Source: Balanoglossus misakiensis (taxonomy: Eukaryota; Animalia; Hemichordata). Taken from it: a stretch of 64,000 bases of DNA. A program made the translations under genes and the position numbers. The notes below the pieces were generated by a model. It had not been told where the DNA came from and made no database searches. It worked only from the letters and a program-made list of their open reading frames with translations. The stretch is taken from contig CM082576.2 in NCBI GenBank assembly GCA_040954595.2, positions 18,151,028 to 18,215,027 on the forward strand, read 5' to 3'. Positions 48,477-61,392 of the stretch are shown here, in pieces. Numbering within the stretch: position 1 is the stretch's first letter; each line of letters opens with the position of its first letter.

Positions 48477-51211
48477 AGAGCATATCTTAGCTCGAAACAC
48501 ACTTTGAGGATAAATAATAATTGGGCTTGTGTGTTAAATGCTGGTGTCCTTTTACTTATTTCATATGGATAAATAAATGTTAAATTTAAAAATGTTCAGG
48601 GCCTGAGAAAAAACTTCTGTTTGGGCCACGCCCATTTCTGTGACGTCACAAGAGGAACCCATTTACGATTGCAAGACTGTACATTGCAGTGGTTGAATTG
48701 CAATCATACATGTCTGTGATCTAAACAGCTTTGCTGGGTCAGCCTCTGGATCCCCCGTTCCATTCAAAATAAATGTACATATATACCTTTTCATCTAGGG
48801 GAGATGCGATTATGAAAAAAATAACACTACTCATCCCGGTTAGGCTACGGCTACGCATTGCAAGCAGTACACAACATGCAATGGCAGCGGATGTGTATAG
48901 GCACCTTACACACACAATGATTGCTGCCTCGATTAAGATGGGTCCCCCGTATCTTTTTGCTCGTTTCTATGGGCCTTTATAGGACACTACACTCAATTTT
49001 GATCGAAACCGTTATGAACGTCCGACAAGGGGCTTGTAACTAGTTAAAAATACACACGATTGTGTGCACACCCCCTGTCCGAGTATGTTTACGGCAGCTA
49101 CCGCCCGGCCATAGGCCGCCACGCTAATACGGTAAAGCAGCGGTCAGCGATAGCGTGCGCGTCCTGTAACCACAGTAACTGGATCGAACGCTAAAAATCC
49201 AATGTTTTGTACACAGAGATTTTGTACCGTTCACGAAAATCCCTAAGGCTTTTTTCATAGGCCACGTACGCCAGTCAAATTTGACCTGCTTGTTGGGAAC
49301 GCACTTCCAAACAGTGTGACGGATCGTTTTTTCGGTTTTCGTCGTGCTAAGAAGCGATACCGGTGGAAGAGTGCGTCCAAAAACACCTAAAATCGATGAC
49401 TTTTTCCGCTGTGGTACGGGTATGCTGAAATCGTAGGATACAACGATAATATTCGAAAACAAAATCCGTCACGATCTTCCCTGGTTCAAGCAACTAATGA
49501 ATACGTATCAAGTTCGTTTTTGAGGTCACGGAATAAAAAGCCTTAGGCTTTTGAAATTTGACCTAGCTAATTTGCATATCAATGGCGTCAGGGGGCGCGC
49601 GCTCACAATCGTGCAGATTTTCAACTAGTTACCAGCCCCTTGTTAGACTCTGAAAACGGCTTAGTCCAAATTGGGGTGTAATGTCCTGCAAAGGCCCATA
49701 GCAACGGGCAAAAAGATCCGGGGGACCCATCTTAAACCGTCGAATATTGCCCAGAGGTTTAGGACTAGAGTGTTGGGTCTCAATCTACTTATCTTGGACA
49801 ATGTCAACTTATTGACAACTGATATATCGTGGTCTTTTGGCGATTTTCGATCACTGCCTCAACAGACAAAATACGCTCGTGTTATTACAAGGGAACTCCA
49901 TCAGCGCCGATGTGTGTACACGCAGTCAGCAGCGATGACACATATCGCGCCGCGATGTATATGTACCATGCCAGCACTAAAATTCTGTCTTCTGAATTAC
50001 ATGTAAGCTATATGCCTTTTTGGTGATGACAAACAGAAACATTTATGACTTGTCGCTGTAATCATGAAAGTTCCTTCACATGCTTCATACTGCATTATAA
50101 CAAAATGAAACCATACAACCAACAGCAACAGGCGATCATGCCGAGCCGACCCACTCACGCTCACAAAGCATGAAACATTTTCATTGATACACACGAATAT
50201 CCAAGTTTGGAAACGGTTTTCACTCACATGCGGCAAAATTTATTCAACACATTTTGTTTCAAAATTTGTACAGTGTGTTTTGGAGCCGATGAGTCGGACA
50301 TAGTGCGACGTAAAACTTGTAAACAAAGAAATTAGAAAAGAAAGATGGCGACCATTCAGCCGAAGCCATACAAAGGTATGACTGAAAAAATGTGAAATAG
50401 TAACAGTAATATTTTAAACGTTCAAGTTTTCACATTGATTGCTGTCAACCTTAATTATCGAAGTTTGCGGTCCCTGGGTATCGGGTAGCCAGACGAAAGA
50501 GTGAATAATTATAAGCAATCTCGACATGATGTCGGCCAGCGCAAAATTGTGTTTACGCATCCTGCCAGTTCACCTACTACTGTGTAATCGCGGTCGCTGG
50601 AACACTGAATGAACACCAATATCGGGTATAAACGATCAGTTGTGCTCTGAATTGAATATTGATCACTGGTCGACCTCTCCTACTGACAGGCTTCTATTTT
50701 CCTGTAAGGGTGTGGATTGTCTTCTCGTGATTCAAACCTGGCCGATTATCGTTCAACGGTCATGCATTGACAGTTACTGCCGCCGCCGCCGGATGGCTTC
50801 ATATCCACCGTACAATATCGATGATCGTGGCATAGACTTTCATTGGTTTTCGGGGAATTCACACGGGTGACTTCCGTCTAGGTAATGTGTTGCTGCAACC
50901 ACGGCAACCACCTCTTTTTCCCATTGTGGTATTACACAGAAAAGCACGAAAACACCGTATGACACCTGTGAGCATCGCTAAAGCTGGTCTACCTGAAGGG
51001 TTCCTCTTGTGACGTCACGTCACGTGACCAAAATGCAGCAAATCTGAACTCAGATTTTCAGGACAGGGTGGATTTTGAAGTATTTTATGAGAACAAAACA
51101 AATATTATAGAAATCGATACCCGAAAAATATTGTCACTTTTGGTAAATATTAGATTTCTTTCAATCATTTTTTAACCTTCTGATAAGATTTAAAAAGGCA
51201 AGATATGCTCT
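48477..51211. mobile_element. Kolobok-type non-autonomous DNA transposon (2.7 kb including a nested element)
   Basis: TTAA|agagcatatctt...aagatatgctct|TTAA; empty site tcctttaagcttt at ~33580; subterminal inverted gtgacgtcacaagaggaaccc. Confidence 0.85.
48937..49731. mobile_element. Nested TTAA-flanked element with ~110-bp imperfect TIRs
   Basis: TTAA|gatgggtccccc...gggggacccatc|TTAA; pairing continues inward to aactagtt. Confidence 0.8.
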
Positions 51212-51338
51212 TTAAGCTTTCACTTGTTTTCCAATTTTATTATTTTCAGTAGAAAATGCACTAAGATGTATGTGTATTACGTTTGTCAGGAAATAAATAA
51301 TAATAAAATTAAAAATAATAAACTATCTTTGATTTCAG

Positions 51339-51446
51339 ATGTCAATAAGAGAGCAGATCTTTGTGAACGCCAGTGTGTGAATACAGCAGGCTCTTTTTAT
51401 TACACTTGTTCTGTGGGATATTGATTGGTCAATGGAGAGTGTACAG
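51339..51446 (+). pseudogene. cbEGF exon E2, copy c (9-nt deletion removing Cys1, a C>Y change, same TGA)
   Basis: DVNKRADLCERQCVNTAGSFYYTCSVGY*. Confidence 0.85.
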
Positions 51447-52299
51447 GTAAGACCAGCACAATATGTGGACAATGAAAGGTCCAGTATCTGTAACTTTTGA
51501 ATTTTTATTCAGTATTTTTCTGGTTATCAACCATCATTTCTTGTTCAGCTCGATGAAGCAGGGTAAGCAATGTTGTTATGTTTAAACATTGTATTCAAGC
51601 CTGGGTCTGGACTTGGATGCAATTTGTCAATAATAACAGTGATTGGTAACTGCATGTTTACATAACTGGCTAACTGTTAAAGAGACCAGCTGTTCTATTT
51701 GGTGTGTGTACAGTACACATGCCATTGGCAGCTTATGGGTCAGCCAATGTTTGCCTGTTGATCTCTTGATGTGTGTGTGTGTGTGTGTCTGTCTGTATAT
51801 GTACTCCGGTGTAGACTTTTTTCTTGTATTATCCGTGAATGGGACCACCGTGTACTTAACACAATTTCTTACACTCATCAGGGATATTTTGGCTTGTCTA
51901 ACACGAGCTAAAAATATCCCCAACTCGTCTGAGAAATCTTTTACCAGGTCCTAAGGTTGTGAGACTAATAGAATCTCACACTCCCAAGGACGTGGGATCA
52001 TATTTCTCACATGTGTTGAGGATTTTCTGTCCCAAACAAGCTGCAGGCGAGTGTGGGACAAAATATCCCTGACGAGTGTGAGAAATATGATCCCAGGTCC
52101 TTGGTGTGTGAGATTATATTTCTCACACGGCCACAAATTAGCCAAATTCGTTTTAAAACATTAAATAAATGACTCTTGAACTGTCATCTGGCACGTTGTA
52201 GTTTCTGTATCATAGGATAACATTTAGCTTTGTCATCCAATCTGAATCAGCACTCGTGTCATATACAGCTTTCGATTCAGTGAGAATGTGTGATTGATT

Positions 52300-53445
52300 T
52301 GTTGTTCATTGTTCAGGTGCACAACAGTGCACGTTAATTGATTGTCAAGGCCTCCAGCCCATAGGTAAGAGGGCATAAAGGTAATCAGAAAATTGTACGA
52401 AAATGAAATAAATAATACATGTACTCAAATAATACAAATGACAACATCAAGCAGCACTTGTGTGGAAGTACGTACTCGGGATACAAAGTGAGGAACTTAG
52501 CAGATTAAGTTTTTTAACACATTTTCTCTAAGTTAAAAGGCATTGTAAACATAAATACTTGAGGATTCTGATGCGCTCATGATATTAACAAACATTTTAA
52601 TGTGGGGAATTTTAGTGTAACCAATATATTGTTTTCTAAGACTGTCATATACGGGGCAAACAAGTAAAAAGTGATACTCGTCTTCTATTTGTTCACCAGA
52701 GCATAGCCTACAGTGTCTCTCTGAAACGTCCACGTTCTGATCTCTTCCCTCCTCTATTGCAAGAGGAAGGGCAGAACAGCGAAAACATGCAAAAATGTCT
52801 TTGACATTACGTGTACAGATGACATTAACTTCTTTTCAGGCTGTAACAATGATTTAAAATGTGTGTATGTACGGAGTTTGGTTTTGGACGGACAGTGATT
52901 TCCATTGTTGCTTCAAAATATCTGAATTTCTTGTCTCAAATGCTGAAAGGAACAAACGCTTATCGCCTATTTCCTGAGAAATCCAGGCGAAAATAAAATG
53001 TGTTTCACCGATGTTGCCCAAGTTTGACGGCCTAAACAGTCAAGATTACGTATGTAGCATTAAATATGCTTGTCTAGGGAGTCTTTCCTGTGGCATCTCT
53101 ATAAGTTTCACCCAGTAACGAATACAACATTTCATTGTGTGAACATACACTGGCAACCGCCCACATTCTCCAATTACAGCTTCATTGGTAGTGCTCCTTG
53201 GCACACCTAGAAAAATTCTGCACCATGTTCTTTGCACTTTTTCTATGATGTCATAAAACTCAAGTCTCCGATCCATAACAAAGAATGGGTAAGATCATGG
53301 CATCAAACACCTTGAAGTGACATTCAAATGGCATATACCCTAGTTTCCACCTGGCAACTGAGAGTAGAGACAACACCTTGCTGGCTTGATTAGCCAATGT
53401 TTGCACTGCTCTGGACCAGGTGTTGCGATTAAACAAAAGTGAACC
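52300..53445 (-). mobile_element. Degraded 3' fragment of a related RTEX-like LINE
   Basis: Broken frames: FKVFDAMILPILCYGSE, FLGVPRSTTNEAVIGECGRLP, CRLCSGEQIEDEYHFLLVCPVY. Confidence 0.88.
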
Positions 53446-55642
53446 TAGGAGTTTGAACAATGTCCTTGTAATAGACAGGTTTTGGTTGAGACAGGTTTTA
53501 CTGTATTTTGATACATGCTCTGGCTTAACCATTTCACCACCATGGTACAGTCCAAACCTGTTGTTTTCTATGGTAAGGTTGGACCTCTAAAAAGGGAACT
53601 GGGAGGTTCTTTCTGGGAATCTCTTTATTTCTTCTGTCACAAAAATTGCATGGGAGTTCTAATTCTAAAAGGAGCACTGATTTGATAAAATATCTCAAAG
53701 TCAAGTTTTGGATGTGGCTCCAGTTCTAGTATTGTAGGTGACTAGTTTTCCGGAGTTCAAGTCTGTATACTTGCAGTAGAGTTGGTCACATGGACTTGGG
53801 TAATCTTAGTGTGGTCAGAAATTGAACTTACACACACACATTGATTGAGTTAAGAACATGTCTGGTGTATTACTGTAATATGACTAGATACTGCAAATGC
53901 ATAAACAATAAGCGTATGTTAAAATACAATTGACTAATGTGATCACTCTGTGTGCGGCATATGGCATATTAAGCATTTAGTATTTTTCAATCAGAAGCCA
54001 TTAATCCTGTGATTAATTCTGCTTCTTGCAACACTGATTTTAAATCACCACACATGAATATTTTTATCCAAAGGACTGTGGTGCCCAAGTTTTTATGATA
54101 AGATAAACAAACAGTGAAATTCACTGAAGAAGTGAGTGAGCACTTGCCCATTCATTGTTCAATGAAATGTGACCACCAATTCATTGACGCCTTGAGCATA
54201 GCAACAACAACCTGTGTATTGACGATACTGCCTGTAGCCTTTCAGTTGATGTTGCTTGATGTACATATATGACTGGAGTCGATCATTTGTGTTTTTTGTT
54301 GCATTGTTATTTTAACCGCGTATTAAGCAATTTTTTGTTTGAGTTCATCATTCAGTGATGGTAGCTGACTAAAATCAGTGATGGTCGTCAGGTTGTGTAT
54401 TTCAATTTTCAGGATGACTGCTTTTGTAATAAATTCACAAGTTCTGTGACCGTCACAATAGTGTTCTGAATTATTGGTTTGTTTTCCTGTAGTGTGCATT
54501 TACATGTTCCGAGATAGGAAGTTTTAATGGGTATTAGTGTCAACATCCACAAGTGACTTGAGGCCAGTGAACTTGCAGTTGTGTGTAGTTTGGATATTAG
54601 CTTGTGGTGATATTAACATGGCGAATATCAAAATAGTACAAACAAATGTTTAAAACAGGACATATCCATAGCTTTCCCTTTCATAATTGGACTGTATTGT
54701 TATTGAAGTACAAAGACTTTCCAGCAACATGACATGGCTGGATTTTTTTGTAGGAAACAAGTCCGGCTGCTATTTGCTGTCTTTGTATTACACTACTAGT
54801 AACATCTCCATTTCTAGCTTTGCACCTCACATTCAATGAATAGACCTGTGGATGTTTTGACACTTCTCGTCAATGAATGTGTATGGCTGCAGTTTATCAA
54901 ATGATACACAAATCAAAGGAACAAACAGTGACTTTTATTTCTTTTGAGAACCTTGCATTCTTATATTTAAATGCTCACTCACTGGCCCCAATTGCAAAAT
55001 AGCAACATTTAATACATGCGATATTCAATGCGTTTACAGTATTCAAAAATGTTTGAAATTGAATATTGTGCCAAAGAGTGGTGTTGTCAGTCCAAATATC
55101 AAAGCAATGAATGATTGTTCACAGTTTCCTGTATGGTTTGGCCCACCTCTTGTGAAAAGATGACTTGTGATATAGTGTTGTACATTGAAAAGAAATATAT
55201 ATACATGTATTTTAAATAATTCATATTTTCAATCTAGAAGTGGGAGCTGCTTCCTCAAGATATAATTGACTGTCAGAATGAAAGGCAAGCGATTCACACA
55301 AGTTAACTCCAACACAACAACTCTTCAATTAAATAATTGACATCAGATAACCACAAAGGCATTATTCAAATAAATTGTATAAATGCAGTTACAAGATTTG
55401 ATGTCTGAAATTTACTGATAGGTGTAGATTTTGTCAGCATTTCCCTTCCTGGGTTACTTTGCGATTAGTTGTTTTGCGTAGTAGAATGGAACAGTGCCTG
55501 GTCCGGATTGGTCACATTAATGTTCAGAGAGAAAGTTAATTTGGCAACTGCTCATTGTATGAAAGGTCATAGGGTTAAGATGTCTTATGTCAAAGTCACT
55601 TATGAATCCCTTAAAGATAAATGTAACCTATCTTATTGACAG

Positions 55643-55693
55643 ATAAGCCAGCAACAACAGAGAAATGTTATACACCCAAATGCTATCAACGAG
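55643..55693 (+). pseudogene. 51-nt exon ISQQQQRNVIHPNAINE, probably MED25 Q-rich region
   Basis: ttgacag acceptor, gag|gtgagc donor, phase 0-0, compatible with the next exon. Confidence 0.5.
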
Positions 55694-57839
55694 GTGAGCT
55701 TCTGTCTATCTAGGAAATGGTGCCACACTGCTACTGATAAGGACAAAAAAAGAGTTTTGTTTAGCGCGTAGGAAAATGTCACAAATTTTAGTTATGGTAA
55801 ACAACCAACACACAAACATTTATTTTCTTTTCAATTGTTTGATAAAATTGTTATAACTATCCCAAAATTTGCAGCATGTGTGCCTTTAAAATTCAAATTC
55901 CTGTCCAAAGGGTGTCTACCCCTGCTGGTCAACTGTTATATAGGCAATTTACACAAACACGTACCAGTATAGATTCGACCACAGTCCTGTTGGCAAACAT
56001 GCTCCAATGGTCTTTGCAGACAACCATCATAAATGCATGAAACGCAGCACGCTCATTCAGTCCGATAATATGTGCTAAAACATAACATTTTGACATCACT
56101 AACATTTTTCCCAGTGACCAAATTTTCTCAGTTTGAATCGACTGTTGATTTTGTGGAAACATTAACATGGCCAGTTTTGTCCTGTGGCTGTGATTGAAAC
56201 CATCTCCAATACCAGAAAAATGCTGATCCAAAACAAACGTTAAGCACAAATTGTCATTTTGACTCGTATACTCAGAGTTTCGGAAACTTGATCAAGTAAT
56301 ATGACTTCAGAGAGGGGGGGGGAGCAGTATCCCCTTCCATTTATTGGCTGTTTAAACAGATGTGTCAGTTATGTTGAAGCATTCTTCTTGCTTTATGCAG
56401 ATGCAATTTGCGCCCCCATCCTCTACATACTGTAATCAGTCTCAGTGTTTGCCTGCTCGAGATTGTCAGTTTTTCATAAAAAGGAAATATTAATTTAAAT
56501 TAAGCTTTAAATAATCTTATATATGATTTTAATTATGTCTATTAAATGACATTTCATAATATATCAAGATCAACACTTATGTATGACAAAACAGGCCAAA
56601 AATGAAAGAAAATCTAAAATTCCTGTATTTTTTAAAAAGTGCAATTTTGCAATGAAAAATGAAAATCTAATGTCTCAGCGGTGTACATTTACTTGCATGA
56701 GTTCTAGTGGAGGAGATCATGTTTTGTTTATGAAGTTCAATAGTCAGAAATGCAACGTTTTCATTGTTTCTTGCATTTCCCACGGTGGCAGCCATATTCC
56801 TTTATGGCAAAGCTTTATTATTTATCTGGTTAAAACTTGCAAATGCACTCATATTTAGGGTTAAAAATACTTGTATACAGTTCAGTGCCTACATCTGCTT
56901 GGACTAATCCTAGTAAAGTTTGAAAAAAATGATAATTATCCCTAAAGTTTCAACTTATATGCCTGTAAGCGACATACCTTGTATGTGCATGAATTTGTCG
57001 TCAACCGGAAACGGATTACTTGTATGAAAATGTTTGGAGTTCTCGCAGCTATTTTAAATTCACCACTATTTTCTTGGGCTGGCCATCTGAAAGGCAGCAT
57101 GGTTGTCAAAGGATAAATCTTTTATGTCAACCGAGCAAAATATTTAATATCATGAAGTGTACACAACATTTGCACTGCTGGAACTATCATGACCACAATA
57201 CTTGTTTACTCACCATGGAGGTCAACTGGACCCCTATAAAAACGGTAGAACCGTTTTAATCCAGCTGACTTTCGAATTGCAAAGTACCGTCACAATCAAA
57301 TTTAATAAGCCTATTTATATGCATCAATTCAAGTTTAAAGGAAAACTCATGAAAAAATGTGCGTTTTGGCAGCTATGGAGGTTTACCCCACTGTGTTCAC
57401 TGATCAGGTTTGCAAAATACATTCAACCTTATGTAGTATGGTAATCAAACACTTAAAAATGTGATGTCATATAACAAAGGCCTGTTGAAATACCCTGAAA
57501 GAAATAAAGTGTCTGTTTTACTTCTTACAATATACCATGCCAACAATTCTGCTGATGCAAAATTCAGTTGATGCAACACTTACAGATGTATGCACAGAAC
57601 ATAAAATCAGTATGGGAACCCTCCATTAAAACTTCTGCACTTTGTACCTGACTTGGCTATTGTCAAGTCGTGTCACTTAATATGTAATATTACCTGTAAT
57701 CTGTTTGGTTTTGTTATTATTTTGTTATTTCATGCGTCCTTGAGCTTGGTGGGTGACACACTTTACACACCTGCTTGTTGCTTGCATGGCACTATTTTTT
57801 GACGAAAAATGTTCCTTCCAGGCCATTAAATTACCTATA

Positions 57840-58015
57840 CAGTAAAACTCCAATTATCCGAACTCCAATTATCCGAACTGTTTGGTTATCCAAACTGCTG
57901 TCATGTCCCCCAAACAGTTCTTTTGTATAGGATCGCTATCCGAATAACCGAACTGTCTGCATATCTGAACAAAATCAATGTCCCCCTGTCAGTTCGGATA
58001 ATTGGAGTTTTACTG
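57840..58015. mobile_element. Tc1/mariner-type MITE
   Basis: TA|cagtaaaactccaattatccgaac...gttcggataattggagttttactg|TA. Confidence 0.88.
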
Positions 58016-58314
58016 TATTGGCATATATCTTCATTTTGGCAATTTGTACGATGGGTAAACACTATTTGACGGGCGGAGAAGGCCTGCTTATTGATATGTA
58101 TTCTATTGCAACCAATCAGTACACATAGTTAGAGACTGCTCAGCACTCCAGATCTTATATCGAGAGCGGCCACTGTTTCGCGAGTATAAATTTTCGCGTT
58201 CTCTTATTTCATTCACTGCATCGTTATCTTCAAAAAAATTTACGTGACACTTTATTTTTACACTATTTTGGCACTTGCGTATTTGGTGAAAATTTATTGC
58301 TCGCGAAAAATTAA

Positions 58315-58649
58315 AGCCACTTGCACACGTGCCATTGTTAGGGCGCCCTTTTTGGGATTATAAAATTTGGTAAACATTTCTTATCAGTGACTCAAATACT
58401 TTTGCATGCACATGTGTATAAAAGGGACAGGGTCATCGCCCTCTACGCGCGTCCACAGCAGCGTGGCTAAAGGTCACAATGTTCACACGTGATTTGAGTC
58501 GCTGTTTAGTGCAGCGCCCCGACCCAGGTCCCACCCCTCAACACCGTCCCCAAAAAAGCCGCTCTCACCTTTTCACACGTGGCACTTTCAAATTAACGCC
58601 GCCCTAGGGCCGCTGCTGGGGCGGCGTTGATGGCACGTGTGAAAGGCAC
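58315..58649. mobile_element. Harbinger-like MITE nested in a TA-type MITE (~58170-58664)
   Basis: TAA flanks; imperfect TIRs with cacacgtgccat/atggcacgtgtg. Confidence 0.55.
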
Positions 58650-58913
58650 TAAAGTGTTTTACAGTATGTACTTTTTAATCCCTTCAAATATTTGAATATG
58701 ATTAATTCCATGATAAGTGGGACAAGAAACCATAGTTGATACCCCAAAAAAGTATTGAGAAAATAACCCGAAGTTGGAGTTACTGAGCTTTAAATTGATT
58801 TCAATAATCTCCCAAGTGAAAATTGGCTGAAGCTCCTGTAGTCAGTTACCTGTTGGTAGATTGACACATGACAATGATTGACTGTTTACACTTTTCTTTG
58901 TTTGATCTTTTAG

Positions 58914-59135
58914 AGGAATATTCAAGCACTGCAGGAGAATCTAGAGATGACACAGAAAATAAGAACTTGAATTGAAGAATCAGCAAGATCAACATGCACG
59001 ACAAAATCAACTCATAACACAAAGACAACAACAAAAGCAATTACAAAGATAGCCCAACAACAACAACAACAAGCAGTGCAAGCACAGCCATCCAATATAC
59101 AATCAACAAATCAACAACTAAGACACCACTTTCAA
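58914..59135 (+). pseudogene. Q-rich MED25-like exon (RNIQALQENLEMTQK...TNQQLRHHFQ) with an internal stop and compensating frameshifts
   Basis: ttttag acceptor and gtaagt donor; the Q-rich reading switches frame mid-exon; the end resembles the MED25 NPQLRxLL NR-box. Confidence 0.6.
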
Positions 59136-59629
59136 GTAAGTTGTCACAATAATGTGAACAGTGAATATTTTGAAAACCAAGACTGATACCCGTGTCACTC
59201 CTGGGAATTGTTATGTGGGGAAAAATAAAATCATTTTTCTCAAAAAAGGAGCTTTCTTGATGTTACAAATAACATGGTCTGTGCCATTCCCGAAATTATC
59301 TTAATGTATTTGGGACCTGACAGTCACACAGAATAAATTCAAAGCACTATTTGCCCAAAGCAGACCTAAATTACAGACAGAGGAATACAACAAATCTTGT
59401 CTCATTCTTATTTTCAATTCTTCTAGTTTTTCCATGGTATCAGTGTGGAAGCACTGATGATAACCTCCGTCAGACAGTTTTAAATGCAGACAATCGTCTT
59501 ACTCTTATGCACATATGTGTAATTTTGTGTGTACAAAATAAGATCAAATCCAAATATCTGCAAATTTTATGTGCATGCATTCAAATAGTGGACTGCCTTC
59601 ACTTCCTTTCATATTTCTTGCCCACCACC

Positions 59630-59657
59630 ATATATATATATATATATATATATATAA
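59630..59657. repeat. (TA)n microsatellite
   Basis: Directly visible. Confidence 0.9.
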
Positions 59658-60295
59658 AGAAGACTTTCATTTTGTCTCTTCTTTTAACTCAATTTGCTGT
59701 TTTTTTTCCTAATTTACGACACAGAGTATGGTTGCCGCCATCTTGTCTGTTGTATAGACAGAATTGTGTCATTGATAAAGTTTTTGTAACCAGAATCTCT
59801 GCTTTGGCATATGAGCATTAGACGATCATAACCCTTTAACAAAAGTCTGCTTAGAATTTAAATCACATTGTTTTCAAAATGTCTGCATCTGATTACATGG
59901 TGAATTAAAGCTGAAAGCAGTGTTCACTGGGCCCAAGCGATTCCCAGGGTTTCTACAGAATGCCAAGGATTATCTGCTGTGGATACCAGAAATTTTGTCA
60001 AAAAGTTTTGATCCTAAACTGATTTATGTCCTACAAAATCCAAACTTCTAGATCTATTGGTTAGCCTAGAATTAGGCGTGTACATAATTAATTAGGTCAA
60101 TGGGGGTCCTGAAATTAACCATCAAATAGTAGACACGACCTAAAACTATACCCGAAATTACAGTTACTTTATGCCTCCCTAAATTTCAGTCTGATTGACA
60201 AATGTGAAGAACGTTAAAGAGAGCTGTCTCCTGATACATTGCCGCTTTCTGTGAAGTGACTTTAAAAAGAAAACCATTTTGTTTGCATTCAACAG

Positions 60296-60583
60296 CAACA
60301 ACAAAAACAACAAGCTAGCGGTACACAAGCAACCATTCCACCACCACCACCACAACAACAACAACCAGCAGCAACACAACAAACATGGCAACAACAACAG
60401 CAGTTCTTACAACAACAGCAATCACAACAACAACAACAACAGCTGTTACTAGGACAACAGCCACGGCCGCGACCACAGGTACCTCAGATGGGCTTGGCAC
60501 CCAGCATGCAACAAACACAGCAACAATCAAGTAGTAGTCTGCTGGCTGATGACATGAGTCTTTTTGATATTCTGAATCAATAA
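60296..60583 (+). pseudogene. MED25: MED25-like terminal exon, poly-Q/P, ending SSLLADDMSLFDILNQ*
   Basis: caacag acceptor, 95 open codons, then TAA; the acidic-hydrophobic tail resembles human MED25 EDDILMDLI* (recalled). Confidence 0.7.
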
Positions 60584-60871
60584 ATTCATACAGGAAACTG
60601 ACTATAATGAACACGAGACTGTAGACTTTAATTAAACAGATCAAATAACACAGAATGGTTATTCCAGTGTAGTAACAGAATAGACTTGTTCTGTACTAAT
60701 TCTTGCATTAGCTTTACTTTGTTTCCATCGTAATACCTTATTTCAATATGACCATATCTGTATGCGAGACAGATGTAACTGGTTGTCAGTGTCTATCGTA
60801 ATACAAAGTCTGCCATACACAAAGCAACTATGCATTGTCTTCTGGTGTGAAAAAAAGATACTTAGGATGTA

Positions 60872-61063
60872 CTGTAAAACAGGAAATTTTCATGAGCGAT
60901 AAATTTGCATGAATCATGCAAGAGCCAAAATAACCTGAAAACTAAAAAGTCGCAAAAAAAATGTTTTTCTGAAATAATGATGAATTGAAATTCGAGAATG
61001 CGAAAATTAATCATTACATAACAGTCGCCACTTTTGATATTGCGAAAATTTCATGTTTTACAG
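60872..61063. mobile_element. TA-flanked MITE family (relatives ~2913-3124, 7332-7559, 9999-10194 and array copies)
   Basis: TA|ctgtaaaacaggaaatttt...aaaatttcatgttttacag|TA. Confidence 0.75.
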
Positions 61064-61106
61064 TATATACCCATTTTTTCTGCTTCCAAAACGAACATTT
61101 AGAGTC

Positions 61107-61392
61107 ATGCATGCCACTGGCCCAATAAAGCCTGATAGCCCTTGCTGGGAATTGTGATGTAACTAGCATCCCCCTTGAAGTCACGCACATAAACTGATCA
61201 ATGGTGATTGTGTGTAAAGATACAGTGAAGGCAAGGCTAATCTAAAGTCAAAATGGTACTCATCCTTAACAACACATGTATCCTTTGACCAATCAATGGA
61301 AAAAAAAGTCTGTGATTGACTTCAAAGTGGTATTAATTACATCACAATTCCCAGCAAGGGGTATCGTGCTTTATTGGGGCAGTGGCATGCAT
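61107..61392. repeat. Inverted-repeat MITE-like element
   Basis: ~55-bp arms atgcatgccactggcccaataaagc...cccttgctgggaattgtgatgtaa and its reverse complement. Confidence 0.7.

Larger units (their letters stand above)
1441..60583 (+). pseudogene. MED25: MED25-like locus, fragmented and probably non-functional; 5' exons would lie upstream of the window
   Basis: Colinear AG/GT-flanked exons match recalled MED25 motifs in the right order: EGLSTALQLFDD (1441), RGVHFSIISPRKLP...DPHHMILLKG (4266), AAALKAAE linker (6375), NQQLRHH (58914), C-terminal DDMSLFDIL* (60583). Frameshifts, stops and missing exons are present. Confidence 0.8.

Noticed and set aside
48773-50870. ORFs inside the Kolobok-type element as a possible transposase or THAP gene
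   Set aside because: Short, with no recognisable DDE or THAP motif in any listed frame.
60179-60644. Val/Leu/Cys-rich minus-strand ORFs, or a Thr-rich mucin reading on +
   Set aside because: Alternative frames of the CAA-rich poly-Q terminal exon; only the Q frame fits the acceptor and the MED25-like C-terminus.
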